A stretch of 62,078 nucleotides of DNA, the filler included. It is 10 parts of 10 records of this genome, joined end to end, with 100 filler letters (N's around TTAATTAATTAA, not from the genome) between each part and the next. Parts side by side here need not be neighbours in the genome. Positions count along the whole stretch, not along the records: positions 31,270 to 36,732 come from SRR31147125_199833; positions 36,833 to 42,155 come from SRR31147125_200505; 8 more parts are not named here. One strand, written 5' to 3'. Shown piece after piece: positions 31,311 through 41,720 of this stretch (the first letter of the stretch is position 1; every line of letters begins with the position of its first letter). The translations under genes and the position numbers were made by a program. Below the pieces are notes generated by a model that was not told the DNA's origin, made no database searches, and was given only the letters and a program-made list of their open reading frames with translations.

Positions 31311-32837
31311 ATGAAGTTGTCCGTCGCGCTGATCGTTTATGAACTGCGTCGAAATGCCAAGCCGCCTGAAATAGTGCGCAACGATCATTCGGATGAGCAT
31401 GCCGGCATTGCAGGTATCCGCTTCCTCCGCGATGAACCGTACAGGCAGGACGTTTTATATATTGGTTCTCCCGGCGCTGTCGGGCGCGCCTCCCATTTGC
31501 CGGCGCATCTTTTTATTACGGGACTTCCCGGCACGCCGAAAATCAGCGGCGCCATATATGTAAATTTAACGGTCCCCGAGCTGGTCAATGCCATTGAGGA
31601 GATTTTCTACCGTTATAATGAGATCGACAGTGAACTCAATGACGCGGTCGCCAGAAACGAATCGCTCAGGACAATTTTGAGCATCGGCGCACGTTTTTTC
31701 AATAATCCCATTACCATCAATGACCTGCGCATGCGGTTTATCGAGACCAGTGATAACGCCGTGCGCGAGCTTATGCCGGATTATTTTAAAGTTGTTTTGG
31801 ATACGGGGTATATTGATATCCGAATCATGACCGCCATGAAAAACAAGGGGTACGACCGGCTGATCAACAGCAGCCGGGAAACGCTGCTTTTTGAGCTGGA
31901 GGAAATACCGGTCCGGTATTTTTCGAAAAACATCTATGAGTCCGGACAGATCACGGCCTGTCTTGTCGTTCATGAGGTTTTTACACCGGTCGATATGGCA
32001 CAGACCATTCTGGTGGAACAAATCACGCAGGTTGTTGATCATTACGCGTTCAAGAATTCACGCGGTAAGCCGACCTCGGCGAATAAGGTGGAGCAGATTG
32101 TTCGCACGCTTTTGGAGGGCGCCAAATATAACGAAGAAATCCATGCCTTGTATTTGAAGCAGATGAACTGGGGTGAAAACGACGGTTACTATGTCATTAA
32201 GATTCAGGTCAGTCCTGAAAATGTAACGATGAATACGGCAAGGTATACCTTCGCTTCAGCACAGAGCTTCTTCCCCGGCAGCATCATTGTTGAATACGAT
32301 GATAGCGGTGTGATTGTCCTGTGTGCCGCCCAGATCCGGTATGATTTAAAAGCGGCGCTTAAAAACCTTGAAAAATATGTAAAAGAACGTCGGGATAAGG
32401 TGGCCGTAAGCCGCAAGTTCCAAAGCTTTGGGGCGATTTACGAGCAGAGTCGGGCGCTGTCGGAGGCTATGCAGCTGGGTATGATACTCGATCCGGGCCG
32501 ATGCCTATATGCGTTTGACAATTATTCGCTGCCACTATTGCTTAAAATCTGCAGCAGTGAATTTGATTTAAGGGTTTTCTGTCTGTACGAAGCCGTTATG
32601 CTGTATGAATACGATAAGGCAAACGGGAGCGATTTTTTTAAAAGCTTGTATGTATATCTCCGGCATAGCCGGAGCCTTGCTTCGGCGGCTGATGAACTGA
32701 AGATCCACCGAAACACGCTGTTGTACCGCCTTGGACGTGTAACGGAGATTTCCGGCGTTGATCCGGCTGATAACGAGATCCTGCTGCCGATGATTTTATC
32801 CTACGAGATTTTGCGGTATCGGCTCAAGCTCGAATGA
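31311..32837 (+). CDS. PucR/CdaR-family transcriptional regulator
   Basis: C-terminal AADELKIHRNTLLYRL; GAGGTG RBS before ATG 31311. Confidence 0.9.
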   Translation: MKLSVALIVYELRRNAKPPEIVRNDHSDEHAGIAGIRFLRDEPYRQDVLYIGSPGAVGRASHLPAHLFITGLPGTPKISGAIYVNLTVPELVNAIEEIFYRYNEIDSELNDAVARNESLRTILSIGARFFNNPITINDLRMRFIETSDNAVRELMPDYFKVVLDTGYIDIRIMTAMKNKGYDRLINSSRETLLFELEEIPVRYFSKNIYESGQITACLVVHEVFTPVDMAQTILVEQITQVVDHYAFKNSRGKPTSANKVEQIVRTLLEGAKYNEEIHALYLKQMNWGENDGYYVIKIQVSPENVTMNTARYTFASAQSFFPGSIIVEYDDSGVIVLCAAQIRYDLKAALKNLEKYVKERRDKVAVSRKFQSFGAIYEQSRALSEAMQLGMILDPGRCLYAFDNYSLPLLLKICSSEFDLRVFCLYEAVMLYEYDKANGSDFFKSLYVYLRHSRSLASAADELKIHRNTLLYRLGRVTEISGVDPADNEILLPMILSYEILRYRLKLE

Positions 32838-32963
32838 GCGCTTGAGATATCGGCAAAATATCTAATGAGAGCACCCTCTTGGGGGGTGTAATGTGATAAT
32901 TGTAACTAATTCTCATTATAAGCTCGCTGTAAAACTATGTATTCATACTTACGGTCAGAAATA

Positions 32964-33004
32964 AAGGCCTTCTATTTGTGCGTCTGGCACAAATAGAAGG
33001 CCTT
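32964..33004. terminator. Bidirectional intrinsic terminator between convergent genes
   Basis: AAGGCCTTCTATTTGTGC-GTCTG-GCACAAATAGAAGGCCTT perfect inverted repeat. Confidence 0.85.
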
Positions 33005-33075
33005 GTTGGTTGGCGCGCCTCGTTTATCGGGGTCTGCATGAATGCACGCGCCATATTATTCCAGATGTCGGCGGT

Positions 33076-34380
33076 CTACGGGCATAAAATTGTTTGCGGC
33101 GTTTTTTCGGGGCGGTAGATCGTCACCTTGTTTTTTCCGGTGTTCTTCGAGGCATACATGGCCTCGTCCGCGGCCTCCAGAAAACTTTCCGGAGTCATGT
33201 GCCCCTCCAGCTGAGCCACGCCGATGCTCAGCGTCACAAGGTGCCGGGAGTGGTCAACAGGATAATCGACCAGGTGATCAAACAGGGCCGTTTTCTGACG
33301 GATTCGTTCAGCGACGGCAGCGGCCTGAGCCATATTGGAATTGGACAGTAATACGACGTACTCATCACCGCCGTATCGCGCGCACACATCGCTGTCACGT
33401 GTTTGAGCGAGGATCGTTTCGGATACGGATTTCAATATTTTGTCGCCGGCGACGTGACCATAGGTGTCGTTGATTTTCTTGAAGTGATCGATATCAAGCA
33501 TGATGAGTGACAGTGGTTTGTGAATGTCTTTGGACAGGTGGACTATTGTCTTGAGTCTTTTTTCAAAATAGCTCTTGTTGCACAGCTCTGTCAGATAATC
33601 CTTTTCATAATACTTCTGACGACTTTTGAGCAGAAGATAGAAGACGACGCCTGTCAGCAAAATAATAATGCTGAAGCTGAACGTTACAATATTCCGGAGG
33701 CTGTCGGTGATCTTGTGAAAATGATTTAAAGAGTACTCAACAACGACAATTCCGACGACGTTATCGCTCGAGGGGCTCTTTATAGGCGCATAGCCGGCAA
33801 TGTATTCGCCAACCGCTTCGTCATTTAAAATAGAACTCATAACTGTTATACCATTGTTAAACGCAAGCAGCTCAGCCTCGGTCATCTGATTGCCCGCATA
33901 TCTGGATTTATTCGGATCGTCCTCGTTTATGAGATAGGCCTTGTTCTCTTCCGAAAGCCGTTTTTCGATGTAAATGGCCTGAGCGCCGGTTGCTGCCATC
34001 AGGTCGGCAAAAACCGCCGTGAGCTTGTCTTGAAACGGTTTTTCAGGCCCGTTGGGCTCGTTTTCACTGCTGTCCTGTGAAAAGGCAGTGTTGTCAGATA
34101 AGCCGGCGTCCAGAGACGGCAACCCGGCGGCGTCCGGCTGATGGCCGATCTCGGCGCTGAAGCTTTCAAAGCTGCTGATCGGTATATTTTGATAGCTGTC
34201 AAAATTAAGCTCGGCAAATTCGGAGATCGTCGCGGCAAGATTGATAGCGTTTTTTGCCAGCTCGTTAACGATAATATCTTCAACGTTCCGATATATAAAA
34301 TAAGCCGGAACGGATAGAACCGCTGCAGTGCAAATTATAATCACGATGAGCTTGAGCGTCTTAAACAGAGGCTTTATCAT
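33076..34380 (-). CDS. Membrane sensor diguanylate cyclase
   Basis: Two TMs, DYLTEL, DIDHFKKINDTYGH, I-site RDSD, RYGGDEY. Confidence 0.92.
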   Translation of the reverse strand: MIKPLFKTLKLIVIIICTAAVLSVPAYFIYRNVEDIIVNELAKNAINLAATISEFAELNFDSYQNIPISSFESFSAEIGHQPDAAGLPSLDAGLSDNTAFSQDSSENEPNGPEKPFQDKLTAVFADLMAATGAQAIYIEKRLSEENKAYLINEDDPNKSRYAGNQMTEAELLAFNNGITVMSSILNDEAVGEYIAGYAPIKSPSSDNVVGIVVVEYSLNHFHKITDSLRNIVTFSFSIIILLTGVVFYLLLKSRQKYYEKDYLTELCNKSYFEKRLKTIVHLSKDIHKPLSLIMLDIDHFKKINDTYGHVAGDKILKSVSETILAQTRDSDVCARYGGDEYVVLLSNSNMAQAAAVAERIRQKTALFDHLVDYPVDHSRHLVTLSIGVAQLEGHMTPESFLEAADEAMYASKNTGKNKVTIYRPEKTPQTILCP

Positions 34381-34459
34381 AATCAACCCTTATAAAAGTG
34401 TATTTCAATGTGCATCTTTATTATATATCGGAATTTTGGTGCGTTTATTAAGACATAAA

Positions 34460-34485
34460 AGGCACTTTGTACAAACAAAGCGCCT
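34460..34485 (-). terminator. Intrinsic terminator after the GNAT gene
   Basis: AGGCGCTTTGT-TTGT-ACAAAGTGCCT followed by a T-rich tail on the minus strand. Confidence 0.6.
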
Positions 34486-34568
34486 GGGTCAGCCGCACTT
34501 TCGGCTGATGTATTCGGTTACACGACGTTACTTCCGGTGACAAGGCAGAGCGAACGGCGGCCGGGGCA

Positions 34569-35612
34569 TCAGGCTCGATAAACAGGGAAATACGAGCTGT
34601 CTTGTACCGGACCGCGAAACGCTTCTTTGACAAGGACCAGCTTGTCATATGTTTCGGGGTCATGGATGCGTTTGGCTGTATGGCTTGGAAGCACGCCGCC
34701 GGGAGCGAACGTTTTTTTAAACTGGAGGAGCGAATCCTCAGTACCGCCGTAACCGCCGCCCATTAAAAGCGTGCCGCAGCCCAGTGACAAAAGGTCTTTG
34801 GCGGCTTCGAAATGCAAAAGATTGTTGGCGTTAAGATGCATATATTCGGCGAGATTGCCGCCGAGATGTCCTTTAGCATTGCCGGCTGAATACAAAATGA
34901 GCAGTGCTGACACCACGACGCCGTCATGATGGGCCAGGTATATTTTTGTGTGTTCGGTCAGGTTTGATAAAATACTATCAAAAAACGCGTCGTTAAAGAA
35001 ATAATAGGATTTGGCCTGGCGGCGCTTCATCGTTTCCTCGTAAACGATACGAAATTCCTGCATAAACCGTGCGTCAAATCCGGATGTGACGGTAATATCA
35101 GCGGCATTGGCGTTGCGGATCCTGTTGCGGCAGGAGCTTTTCATATCATTCCAGATTTGCTCCGGCGACTGCATGCGAATACAGACCGTTTTGGAAAAAT
35201 CCGAGCAGTCATACGGCTGGCCGTCATATAGCGAGACATTTCCGCTGACGGGATCAAGCCGCGAATATTCGGCTACCACCCTGTGCTGCTTGAGATACAG
35301 GCTCATTTCGTCGAAAAACTGCTTTAAAAGCGCCTCGTTCGGCGGGCCCTTTATGGCTGTGCCGCCGTACCCGTAAGGCGTCGCGACATCGTAATACCCT
35401 GTGAAATCTTCAAACGGTTCGAGCTTCCAAAGCTCCCGCATCATTAAGACGTTATAGATTCTCGTACGGCCGTCGCTCAGATAAAAAAGCGTCGGCATGC
35501 CGCTGCCGACCTTATAAAAAGCATCGGAATAGCCCCAGTGATAATAGACTTCATCGTCCGCGCCGATCAGCTCGTTCCATAAGTCTCTTTGTCCGTGATC
35601 GCAGACCGTCAT
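34569..35612 (-). CDS. GNAT/FemAB-like acyltransferase
   Basis: DVATPYGYGG, YYFFNDAFF, NNLLHFE, GGG..DSLLQFKKTF, YFPVYR. Confidence 0.88.
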   Translation of the reverse strand: MTVCDHGQRDLWNELIGADDEVYYHWGYSDAFYKVGSGMPTLFYLSDGRTRIYNVLMMRELWKLEPFEDFTGYYDVATPYGYGGTAIKGPPNEALLKQFFDEMSLYLKQHRVVAEYSRLDPVSGNVSLYDGQPYDCSDFSKTVCIRMQSPEQIWNDMKSSCRNRIRNANAADITVTSGFDARFMQEFRIVYEETMKRRQAKSYYFFNDAFFDSILSNLTEHTKIYLAHHDGVVVSALLILYSAGNAKGHLGGNLAEYMHLNANNLLHFEAAKDLLSLGCGTLLMGGGYGGTEDSLLQFKKTFAPGGVLPSHTAKRIHDPETYDKLVLVKEAFRGPVQDSSYFPVYRA

Positions 35613-35767
35613 TCGGTTTTTGCCCTCCTGCCGCTGTGATATGATGGGATCATCATGGCTGCCTGAATACGTTAACCGTATCGGAGCCGACGGAAAGATT
35701 ATACCACACATTTCTGATAATTTTTACAAAAAACTTAATTTTTCGACACGAATCCGTAGATAATGTA

Positions 35768-35791
35768 ATCCCCCTGCCCAGGCAGGGGGAT
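35768..35791 (-). terminator. Hairpin after the zinc-ribbon gene
   Basis: ATCCCCCTGCC-CA-GGCAGGGGGAT. Confidence 0.6.
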
Positions 35792-35808
35792 GCGTGTTGT
35801 TGATTAAA

Positions 35809-36342
35809 TTAACTGCTGTAAGCGGGCGCCTCGTTATCAAAAACAAATTTACAGCCGCATCGGAAGCAATTTTTCCGGTCGCTTAATTGTACGCTGCCGC
35901 AGATGGGGCAGGTGACACGATCCGTATGGTGATCATGGAAATGTGCCGTTTTTTGATTGTCCGAATTTTTATCGTCCGACACCGTGCCGACCGGATACTG
36001 CGGCGCTTTGGGCTTCTCGGCTGAACGATGGTTTGAAGCGAATGTTTCGGCATTGGCAATACTGCGTTGTTTAAACGCCTTAAGATATTCCGTATAAATG
36101 CCTCTTCTCTGCTTCAGGTCCGTAAAAGTACTTTTATCCAGTGTCAAGCCGTGTTGACAAACCGGACAGAGCAAAAAGTAATTAAAAGAGTATGGTATGA
36201 CCGGAATGAAGAAAAAGGTAAACCATTTTGTCTGTGAATACAGCTCCCAATATCGCTCGTTGTGGCAATGAGTGCAGTGCATTTTGCTGAAAGCGCCGTG
36301 CTGCTTTGTTGTTGTTCGTCCCCACCCGAAAATAAAAAACAT
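35809..36342 (-). CDS. Zinc-ribbon domain protein (zinc_ribbon_15-like plus C-terminal double CxxC)
   Basis: MFFIFGWG, CTHC, WFTFFFIPVIPY, CPVC, CPIC..CFRC. Confidence 0.85.
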   Translation of the reverse strand: MFFIFGWGRTTTKQHGAFSKMHCTHCHNERYWELYSQTKWFTFFFIPVIPYSFNYFLLCPVCQHGLTLDKSTFTDLKQRRGIYTEYLKAFKQRSIANAETFASNHRSAEKPKAPQYPVGTVSDDKNSDNQKTAHFHDHHTDRVTCPICGSVQLSDRKNCFRCGCKFVFDNEAPAYSS

Positions 36343-36511
36343 ATCAATACTCCTCTCTAAATATGAAAAGGATATTTGCTCAATGTAATTCATTGCGTGG
36401 CTCGTTCGGTTAGCGCTGTGTCGACAAATATATTGCTTATTAGACAAATTATAGCATTTAAAGACAAAATTAACAACAATTACTTAATAAGGCTAATAAT
36501 ATTGGCAAAGC

Positions 36512-36539
36512 AACACCCCCGCCAGCGGCGGGGGTGTTA
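36512..36539 (-). terminator. Intrinsic terminator
   Basis: AACACCCCCGCC-AGC-GGCGGGGGTGTT. Confidence 0.75.
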
Positions 36540-36543
36540 TAGC

Positions 36544-36732
36544 CTATATGGACAGCATGAGTTTGGTGGCATCGTCCTCATAGTTCAACGCTGTCTTGCT
36601 GAGATCGTCACCGGATGAGAGCAATAGTTTGGTGGCGTAGTCCTCGTTGCGCAAGGCTAGCTTGGCGGCATCGTCCCCGTAGGTTTTGATAAATGCGCGG
36701 ACAAAATCGTCGCCGAGGGATTTGGCAACGGC
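36544..36732 (-). CDS. 3' end of a protein with ~11-aa tandem repeats
   Basis: LGDDFVRAFIKT YGDDAAKLALR NEDYATKLLLS SGDDLSKTALN YEDDATKLMLSI*, followed by a terminator. Confidence 0.7.
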   Translation of the reverse strand, partial: AVAKSLGDDFVRAFIKTYGDDAAKLALRNEDYATKLLLSSGDDLSKTALNYEDDATKLMLSI

Positions 36733-36832
36733 NNNNNNNNNNNNNNNNNNNNNNNNNNNNNNNNNNNNNNNNNNNNTTAATTAATTAANNNNNNNNNNNN
36801 NNNNNNNNNNNNNNNNNNNNNNNNNNNNNNNN

Positions 36833-37480
36833 GACGGCCGCGGCATAGGGGGGCAGCACGCTGCATTCCAGGAGGATGGCCCCGATATCCCCTTTTCCGG
36901 TGAGGATCTTTGCCGCCTGGACCACCTCATCTTCCATGCGTGCCGCATCCAGGGTCCCCTTTTCCCCAAGCACGGCCGAAGAAAATTCAGGGCAGGTTTC
37001 CAGGCCCAGAATGTCAAGATCGGATCTCCCGGGATCCGGTCCGGGCGGGATACCGATCGTTTGTAAAAAATCATGGGTCAGGCTCCGGCCGCTGGCCGTG
37101 AGAATGCCGATTTTTTTTCCAGGGGGCAGAATCTGGCGGATAAAAGGGATCTGGAGGAGGCTGGAGAGAAAGACCGGCAGTCCCAGGTCCTGTTTCAGAC
37201 GATTCTGGTGAAGGGCCATGAACCCGCAGTCCCCGGTAACGGCCCTGACCCCGCTGGCGGCCAGCTTGCGGGCGGCGGCCAGCAGGGCCGGGTAAATCTT
37301 AGGATCCTTGCCCAGGGCCTTGGCCACTGAAAATCCGTTTACCCGTTTGTACCGCACCGGGAAATCATAGGTGGTGGCATTGGCCACATCCCCCGGAATA
37401 AAGGGGATGGGGGAATCCAGGAGCAGAATGCCCACGGCCTCTCCATAGGAGACCTGATTGCCTTTACGCTGATATTTCAA
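36833..37480 (-). CDS. Aspartate/glutamate racemase family protein, 3'-truncated
   Basis: GILLLD..PFIPGDVANA, TGDCGF, VFLSSLLQIP, ILLECS. Confidence 0.85.
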
Positions 37481-37485
37481 TCCCT

Positions 37486-38775
37486 TTATCCTCCCATGGC
37501 CATTTTGGGCAGCCAGAGCGCAATCTCAGGGAATGCAATGAGGATGGCCGTGGCCAGGATTAGTATCAATAAAAAGGGGAGGGCATGGCCGATGACTTCC
37601 AGGTAGGGCCGCCTGAAAATGAGCTGGGCCGTGAAGATGTCACACCCAAAGGGCGGGGTGGCCGATCCGATGGCGGCCTGGAGGGTCACCAGGGTGCCCA
37701 GGAGGATGGGGTCCACCCCCGCTCCGACCACATAGGGCTGGAACACCGGACTCAGGATGAAAATGGCCACGATGGGGTCCACAAACATGCAGGCCACAAA
37801 GTAGACCGCCACCACGATGGTAATCACCCTCAGCATGGAGGGATCTGTGCCGAACAGGGGCGGCAGGATCTGGTCCGGCAGCTGGAGGAAGCCGATGAGA
37901 AAGGAAAAGGCCTGGCCTGCCCCCACCAGTATGAATACCACCCCTGTGATGACCCCGGTCTGGAGAAATGCGTCCTGGATCCGGTCAAAGGTCAGGCTTT
38001 TGTAAATGGCGGTCTCCAGAATCAGGGCGTAGAATACGGCTGCTGCGGCCGCTTCCGTGGGGCTGAAAATCCCGGTGTAGATCCCGCCCACGATGATCAC
38101 GGGAAACCCCAGGACCGGAAGCCCGCCCTTGATGGCGGCCAGACGTTCGGCTGAAGATGCCTTGGGCAGGGTGCCGACCTTGTTGTATTTGGAGTAAACA
38201 TAGCAATAGGCCGAAAACATGAACAGGATCATGAGCCCGGGCAGGATCCCGGCCAGAAAGAGCATGCCGATGGAGGTGGAGGTGGCCACCCCGTAGACAA
38301 TGAATCCGATGCTGGGGGGAATGAGAAAGGCGATATCACTGGAGTTGATGATCAGGCCCAGGGTGAAGGGGCTTTTGTATCCTGCCTCCAGAAGCATGGG
38401 GCGCATGGTGCCGCCGATGGCCGCCACCGTGGCCTGGGTCGATCCGGAGACCGCCCCGAACAGGGTGCAGGAGGCGTTGGCTGTAATGGGCAGCCCGCCG
38501 GGCAGGTGGCCCACAAACACCTTGATCATTTTGATGAGCCGGCTGGCCGATTCGCCCGAGGTGATAATGCTGGCCGAAAGAATAAACATGGGGACGCAGA
38601 CCAGGGCCGGCGGCGTGACTCCGGTGATGACCTGCTGGACCATGGTCAGCAGCATCCTGGGGGCAAAGTCGGGCATGTATACAAAAAGGTAAAGAAGAAG
38701 GGATCCCAACAGGGTGACCATGAAGGGAAACCCGAACAGGAGCATGACCAGAAGGCTGATTCCGAAAAGCATCAT
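37486..38775 (-). CDS. dctM: TRAP transporter large permease (TeaC/UehC-like)
   Basis: FGAVSGSTQATVAAIG, IPPSI, SPTEAAA, TPPFGCDIF. Confidence 0.92.
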   Translation of the reverse strand: MMLFGISLLVMLLFGFPFMVTLLGSLLLYLFVYMPDFAPRMLLTMVQQVITGVTPPALVCVPMFILSASIITSGESASRLIKMIKVFVGHLPGGLPITANASCTLFGAVSGSTQATVAAIGGTMRPMLLEAGYKSPFTLGLIINSSDIAFLIPPSIGFIVYGVATSTSIGMLFLAGILPGLMILFMFSAYCYVYSKYNKVGTLPKASSAERLAAIKGGLPVLGFPVIIVGGIYTGIFSPTEAAAAAVFYALILETAIYKSLTFDRIQDAFLQTGVITGVVFILVGAGQAFSFLIGFLQLPDQILPPLFGTDPSMLRVITIVVAVYFVACMFVDPIVAIFILSPVFQPYVVGAGVDPILLGTLVTLQAAIGSATPPFGCDIFTAQLIFRRPYLEVIGHALPFLLILILATAILIAFPEIALWLPKMAMGG

Positions 38776-39356
38776 GACTGGGGTCCTCCTATGATTTCAT
38801 CTTCATATTCGCTTTGCTGGTCCGGGGACTGCCAGGGATCCTTTTCCGTGAGGTTTTTGACTATGGTTCTCAGGTACTGGACGGCGGCCAGTCCGAACCC
38901 GACGGGCATGATCACGTAAAACTGCCATTTGGGCATCCTCAGGGCCGGGGTCGTATGGCCCTTTTCCATGGCATGGACCAGGTAGTCCCAGGAGGCCAGG
39001 CACATGATGCCCATGACAAGGGCCGAGACGGCGCAGATAAAAATGATAAAGGTTTTTTCCATTTTCGGGGGCATGGCATCCAGAAATGCGCCCATGCGGA
39101 TATGCCTGGCCTTTCTTACACCGTAGCTCACCCCGGTAAAGGTGGTGAGCATGACCAGGAATTTGGAGACCTCTTCGGCAAAGTAGATGCTTTCAAAAAA
39201 GGTCCGGGCAAATACATTGGCGATGAGAAGAACGGCAAGGGAAGCCACACAGAAGACCAGGATCGAGACTTCCATGGCGTTAACCACCGTGCCGGCAACA
39301 TGGTTGACTTGTTTAATCAGGGTGAGAGGAGCAGGGTCTTTTGAATCTGGGTTCAT
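38772..39356 (-). CDS. dctQ: TRAP transporter small permease (TeaB/UehB-like)
   Basis: ANVFAR..FAEE, YGVRKARHIRM. Confidence 0.9.
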   Translation of the reverse strand: MNPDSKDPAPLTLIKQVNHVAGTVVNAMEVSILVFCVASLAVLLIANVFARTFFESIYFAEEVSKFLVMLTTFTGVSYGVRKARHIRMGAFLDAMPPKMEKTFIIFICAVSALVMGIMCLASWDYLVHAMEKGHTTPALRMPKWQFYVIMPVGFGLAAVQYLRTIVKNLTEKDPWQSPDQQSEYEDEIIGGPQS

Positions 39357-39377
39357 GTCAAACCTTATCTGGGTTGG

Positions 39378-39408
39378 GGCAGGCCCCTGGCTCAGCCAGG
39401 GGCCTGCC
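39378..39408 (-). other. Intergenic stem-loop after the solute-binding gene (probable mRNA stabiliser)
   Basis: GGCAGGCCCCTGGC-TCA-GCCAGGGGCCTGCC perfect 14-bp stem. Confidence 0.7.
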
Positions 39409-39416
39409 GGTTCCGT

Positions 39417-40472
39417 TTATTTCACGTTAAGGGCTTTTTTTGCATCTTCGATATCCTTGAGCAGTGTGGCCAGGATTTTTTGGGAACCGTCGCCGCCGAT
39501 CTGGGTAAACTTGGGATAGACGGTTTCAGCTTTGGCCTTGAAGGTGGCGATGGTGGCGTCGTCCAGGACATTGAACTCAAGTTCGGGTTTGGCCTTGAGC
39601 ATCTTTTCCTTGTCAGAGGCATTCCGTTTTGTAATCCATTTGCCGGCCGGGATAATGGCGTCGATCCAGAATTTTTTCATTTCATCCTGGACATTCTTGG
39701 GCAAACTGTCAAAGAATTCCTGGTTGACCGTGGGGATGCCGATAAAGGGTTCGCTCTTGAGCTGGGTGCAGTATTTCTGCACTTCGTAAAACTTCATGGA
39801 ATGAATGGCGAACAGGGGATTGACCTGGCCGTCGATGAGGCCCATCTGCAGCCCGGAGTAGACTTCGCCGTAGCTCATGGGGGTGGGAACAGCGCCGTAG
39901 GCCTTGTAGTCTTCCACCAGCAGCTTGGAGGACATGACCCGAAGTTTCAGGCCCTTGACATCGTCAAGGTTTTTGATTTCTTTATTGGAGGTCATCCACT
40001 GCCATCCTTCGAACATGACCGAGAGGGGCACCAGGCCGTTTTTCCTGAAGGCCTTTTCCAGGAGGGGGAAGAAATCACCGTTTCTGACGATCCAGTCCAG
40101 GATTTCAGGCACTTTTTCAGTGGGGAAAAGGTAGTTCAGGGCCAGCACCTGGGCCTGGGGAACAAAGGAGGAGATCCAGGCATAATCGGAAAAGACATAC
40201 TGGACCACACCCATCTGGGCCAGTTCATTGATGTCGCCGGGCGCCCCGAGGGTGCCGTAGGGATAGACATTGACGTCTATCTTATTGTCAGACCATTTTT
40301 TCATGTGGTCTGAAAAGTTTCTGGCCCATACCGTCATGAAATCCCCTTCGATCTCCTCGGATGCGAGTTTGGCCTTTATCGGTTTACCTGTGTAGTTGGC
40401 TGCCCCTGCCGGTGCGCACAGGCAGAGGACAAAGGCGGTGACGATGGCGAATGCTGCAAAGGTCTTTCTCAT
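39417..40472 (-). CDS. dctP: TRAP substrate-binding protein (TeaA/UehA ectoine-type)
   Basis: Signal peptide, EEIEGD, YPYGTLG, LRVM, EVYSGLQ..IDGQVNP. Confidence 0.88.
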   Translation of the reverse strand: MRKTFAAFAIVTAFVLCLCAPAGAANYTGKPIKAKLASEEIEGDFMTVWARNFSDHMKKWSDNKIDVNVYPYGTLGAPGDINELAQMGVVQYVFSDYAWISSFVPQAQVLALNYLFPTEKVPEILDWIVRNGDFFPLLEKAFRKNGLVPLSVMFEGWQWMTSNKEIKNLDDVKGLKLRVMSSKLLVEDYKAYGAVPTPMSYGEVYSGLQMGLIDGQVNPLFAIHSMKFYEVQKYCTQLKSEPFIGIPTVNQEFFDSLPKNVQDEMKKFWIDAIIPAGKWITKRNASDKEKMLKAKPELEFNVLDDATIATFKAKAETVYPKFTQIGGDGSQKILATLLKDIEDAKKALNVK

Positions 40473-40520
40473 GGATTTCTCCTTTGGTTTAGGGGTAAAT
40501 ATTTTTTGGGGCCCGGCCCC

Positions 40521-41708
40521 TCAGGCGCGGCTGAAGGTCAGGGCGTTTTGCACATGTAAACGTACTCCTTTAATTAAAACCGCTTCATCAATATTGAACC
40601 GGGAATTATGGTGGGGCATGTCCGTCCCCTTGGCCGGGTCTGCACAGCCCAGGAAGATAAAGACCCCGGGGACCCGGGCGGAAAACTCGCTGAAGTCCTC
40701 GGAGGCAATATACCGGCCGGACCGGATGGGCCCGCCCAGGGCCCGGAATGCCGCATCCTTTGCCATGGAAACCATCCGGTCATTATTGACCAGGGGGATG
40801 TTTTCGTGTTCGATCTCAATGGCAACCCGGCACCCGAAGGTGTGGGCACAGGCCTCACAGGTCCGGATGAACCGCTGGGTGGGGGCGTCCGGATCATCGT
40901 GGAAGACGGGGGTGAGAAAGCGGATCGTCCCTTCCAGATAAACCTCTTCCGGAATGATATTGGCCTTTTCACCGCCGTGGACCTGGCCGAACATGATGAT
41001 GGTGGGCTGCCGGGCATCCATCTGCCTGGTCTGGACGGCCTGGACCGACTGGATGATCTGGGCGGCGGCCAGGACCGGGTCCACGGCCTCGTGGGGGTAG
41101 CCGGTATGGCCGCCGTAGCCCTGAACCCGCATTTTAAATACATCCATGCCCGCCATGACTACACCCGGTGTGATGGAGACCTCGCCTGAAGGCAGCTGGC
41201 TCCAGATGTGAATACCGGCCACACCGTCCACATCGGGATTCTTCAATACCCCCTGGGCCACCATCTCTTTGGCGCCTGCGACCTCTTCATCGGGCTGGAA
41301 GACAAATTTGATTTTCCCCTGCAGGCGGTCCCGGTTTTCCACAAGCACCTTTGCCGCCACCAGGAGCATTGCCATATGGGCGTCATGGCCGCAGGCATGC
41401 ATGACCCCCGGATTCAGGGAAACATAGGGCACCTCATTGGCCTCGGTCACGGGCAATGCATCCATATCGGCCCGGAGCATGAGCACAGGCCCGGGGGTGC
41501 CGCTGTCCAGTACCGCCACCACGCCGGTGCCGGCCATGGAGACCGGTTTAAGCCCGATTTCTTTAAGATAGGCCCTGATCCGTTCGGCGGTTTTAAATTC
41601 CTGGAATCCCAGTTCAGGATTCCGGTGAAACCACCGCCGCAGTTCAATCAGTTCGGGTTCCAGTTCCTTGAGCCGCTTTTCCATCCTGGTGTCAATTATC
41701 TGTTCCAT
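40521..41708 (-). CDS. M20 family amidohydrolase (N-acyl-amino acid amidohydrolase-like)
   Basis: HRNPELGFQE, LRADMDALP, MHACGHDAH, FQPDEE, SEDF, PHH. Confidence 0.92.
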   Translation of the reverse strand: MEQIIDTRMEKRLKELEPELIELRRWFHRNPELGFQEFKTAERIRAYLKEIGLKPVSMAGTGVVAVLDSGTPGPVLMLRADMDALPVTEANEVPYVSLNPGVMHACGHDAHMAMLLVAAKVLVENRDRLQGKIKFVFQPDEEVAGAKEMVAQGVLKNPDVDGVAGIHIWSQLPSGEVSITPGVVMAGMDVFKMRVQGYGGHTGYPHEAVDPVLAAAQIIQSVQAVQTRQMDARQPTIIMFGQVHGGEKANIIPEEVYLEGTIRFLTPVFHDDPDAPTQRFIRTCEACAHTFGCRVAIEIEHENIPLVNNDRMVSMAKDAAFRALGGPIRSGRYIASEDFSEFSARVPGVFIFLGCADPAKGTDMPHHNSRFNIDEAVLIKGVRLHVQNALTFSRA

Positions 41709-41720
41709 GGCCTGCCCCTT

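Noticed and set aside
34440-34560. Possible riboswitch upstream of the diguanylate cyclase (GAAA hairpin, CGCCTGGG)
   Set aside because: The motifs lie on opposite strands and no c-di-GMP or ZMP consensus is complete. It reads as the terminator of the upstream gene.
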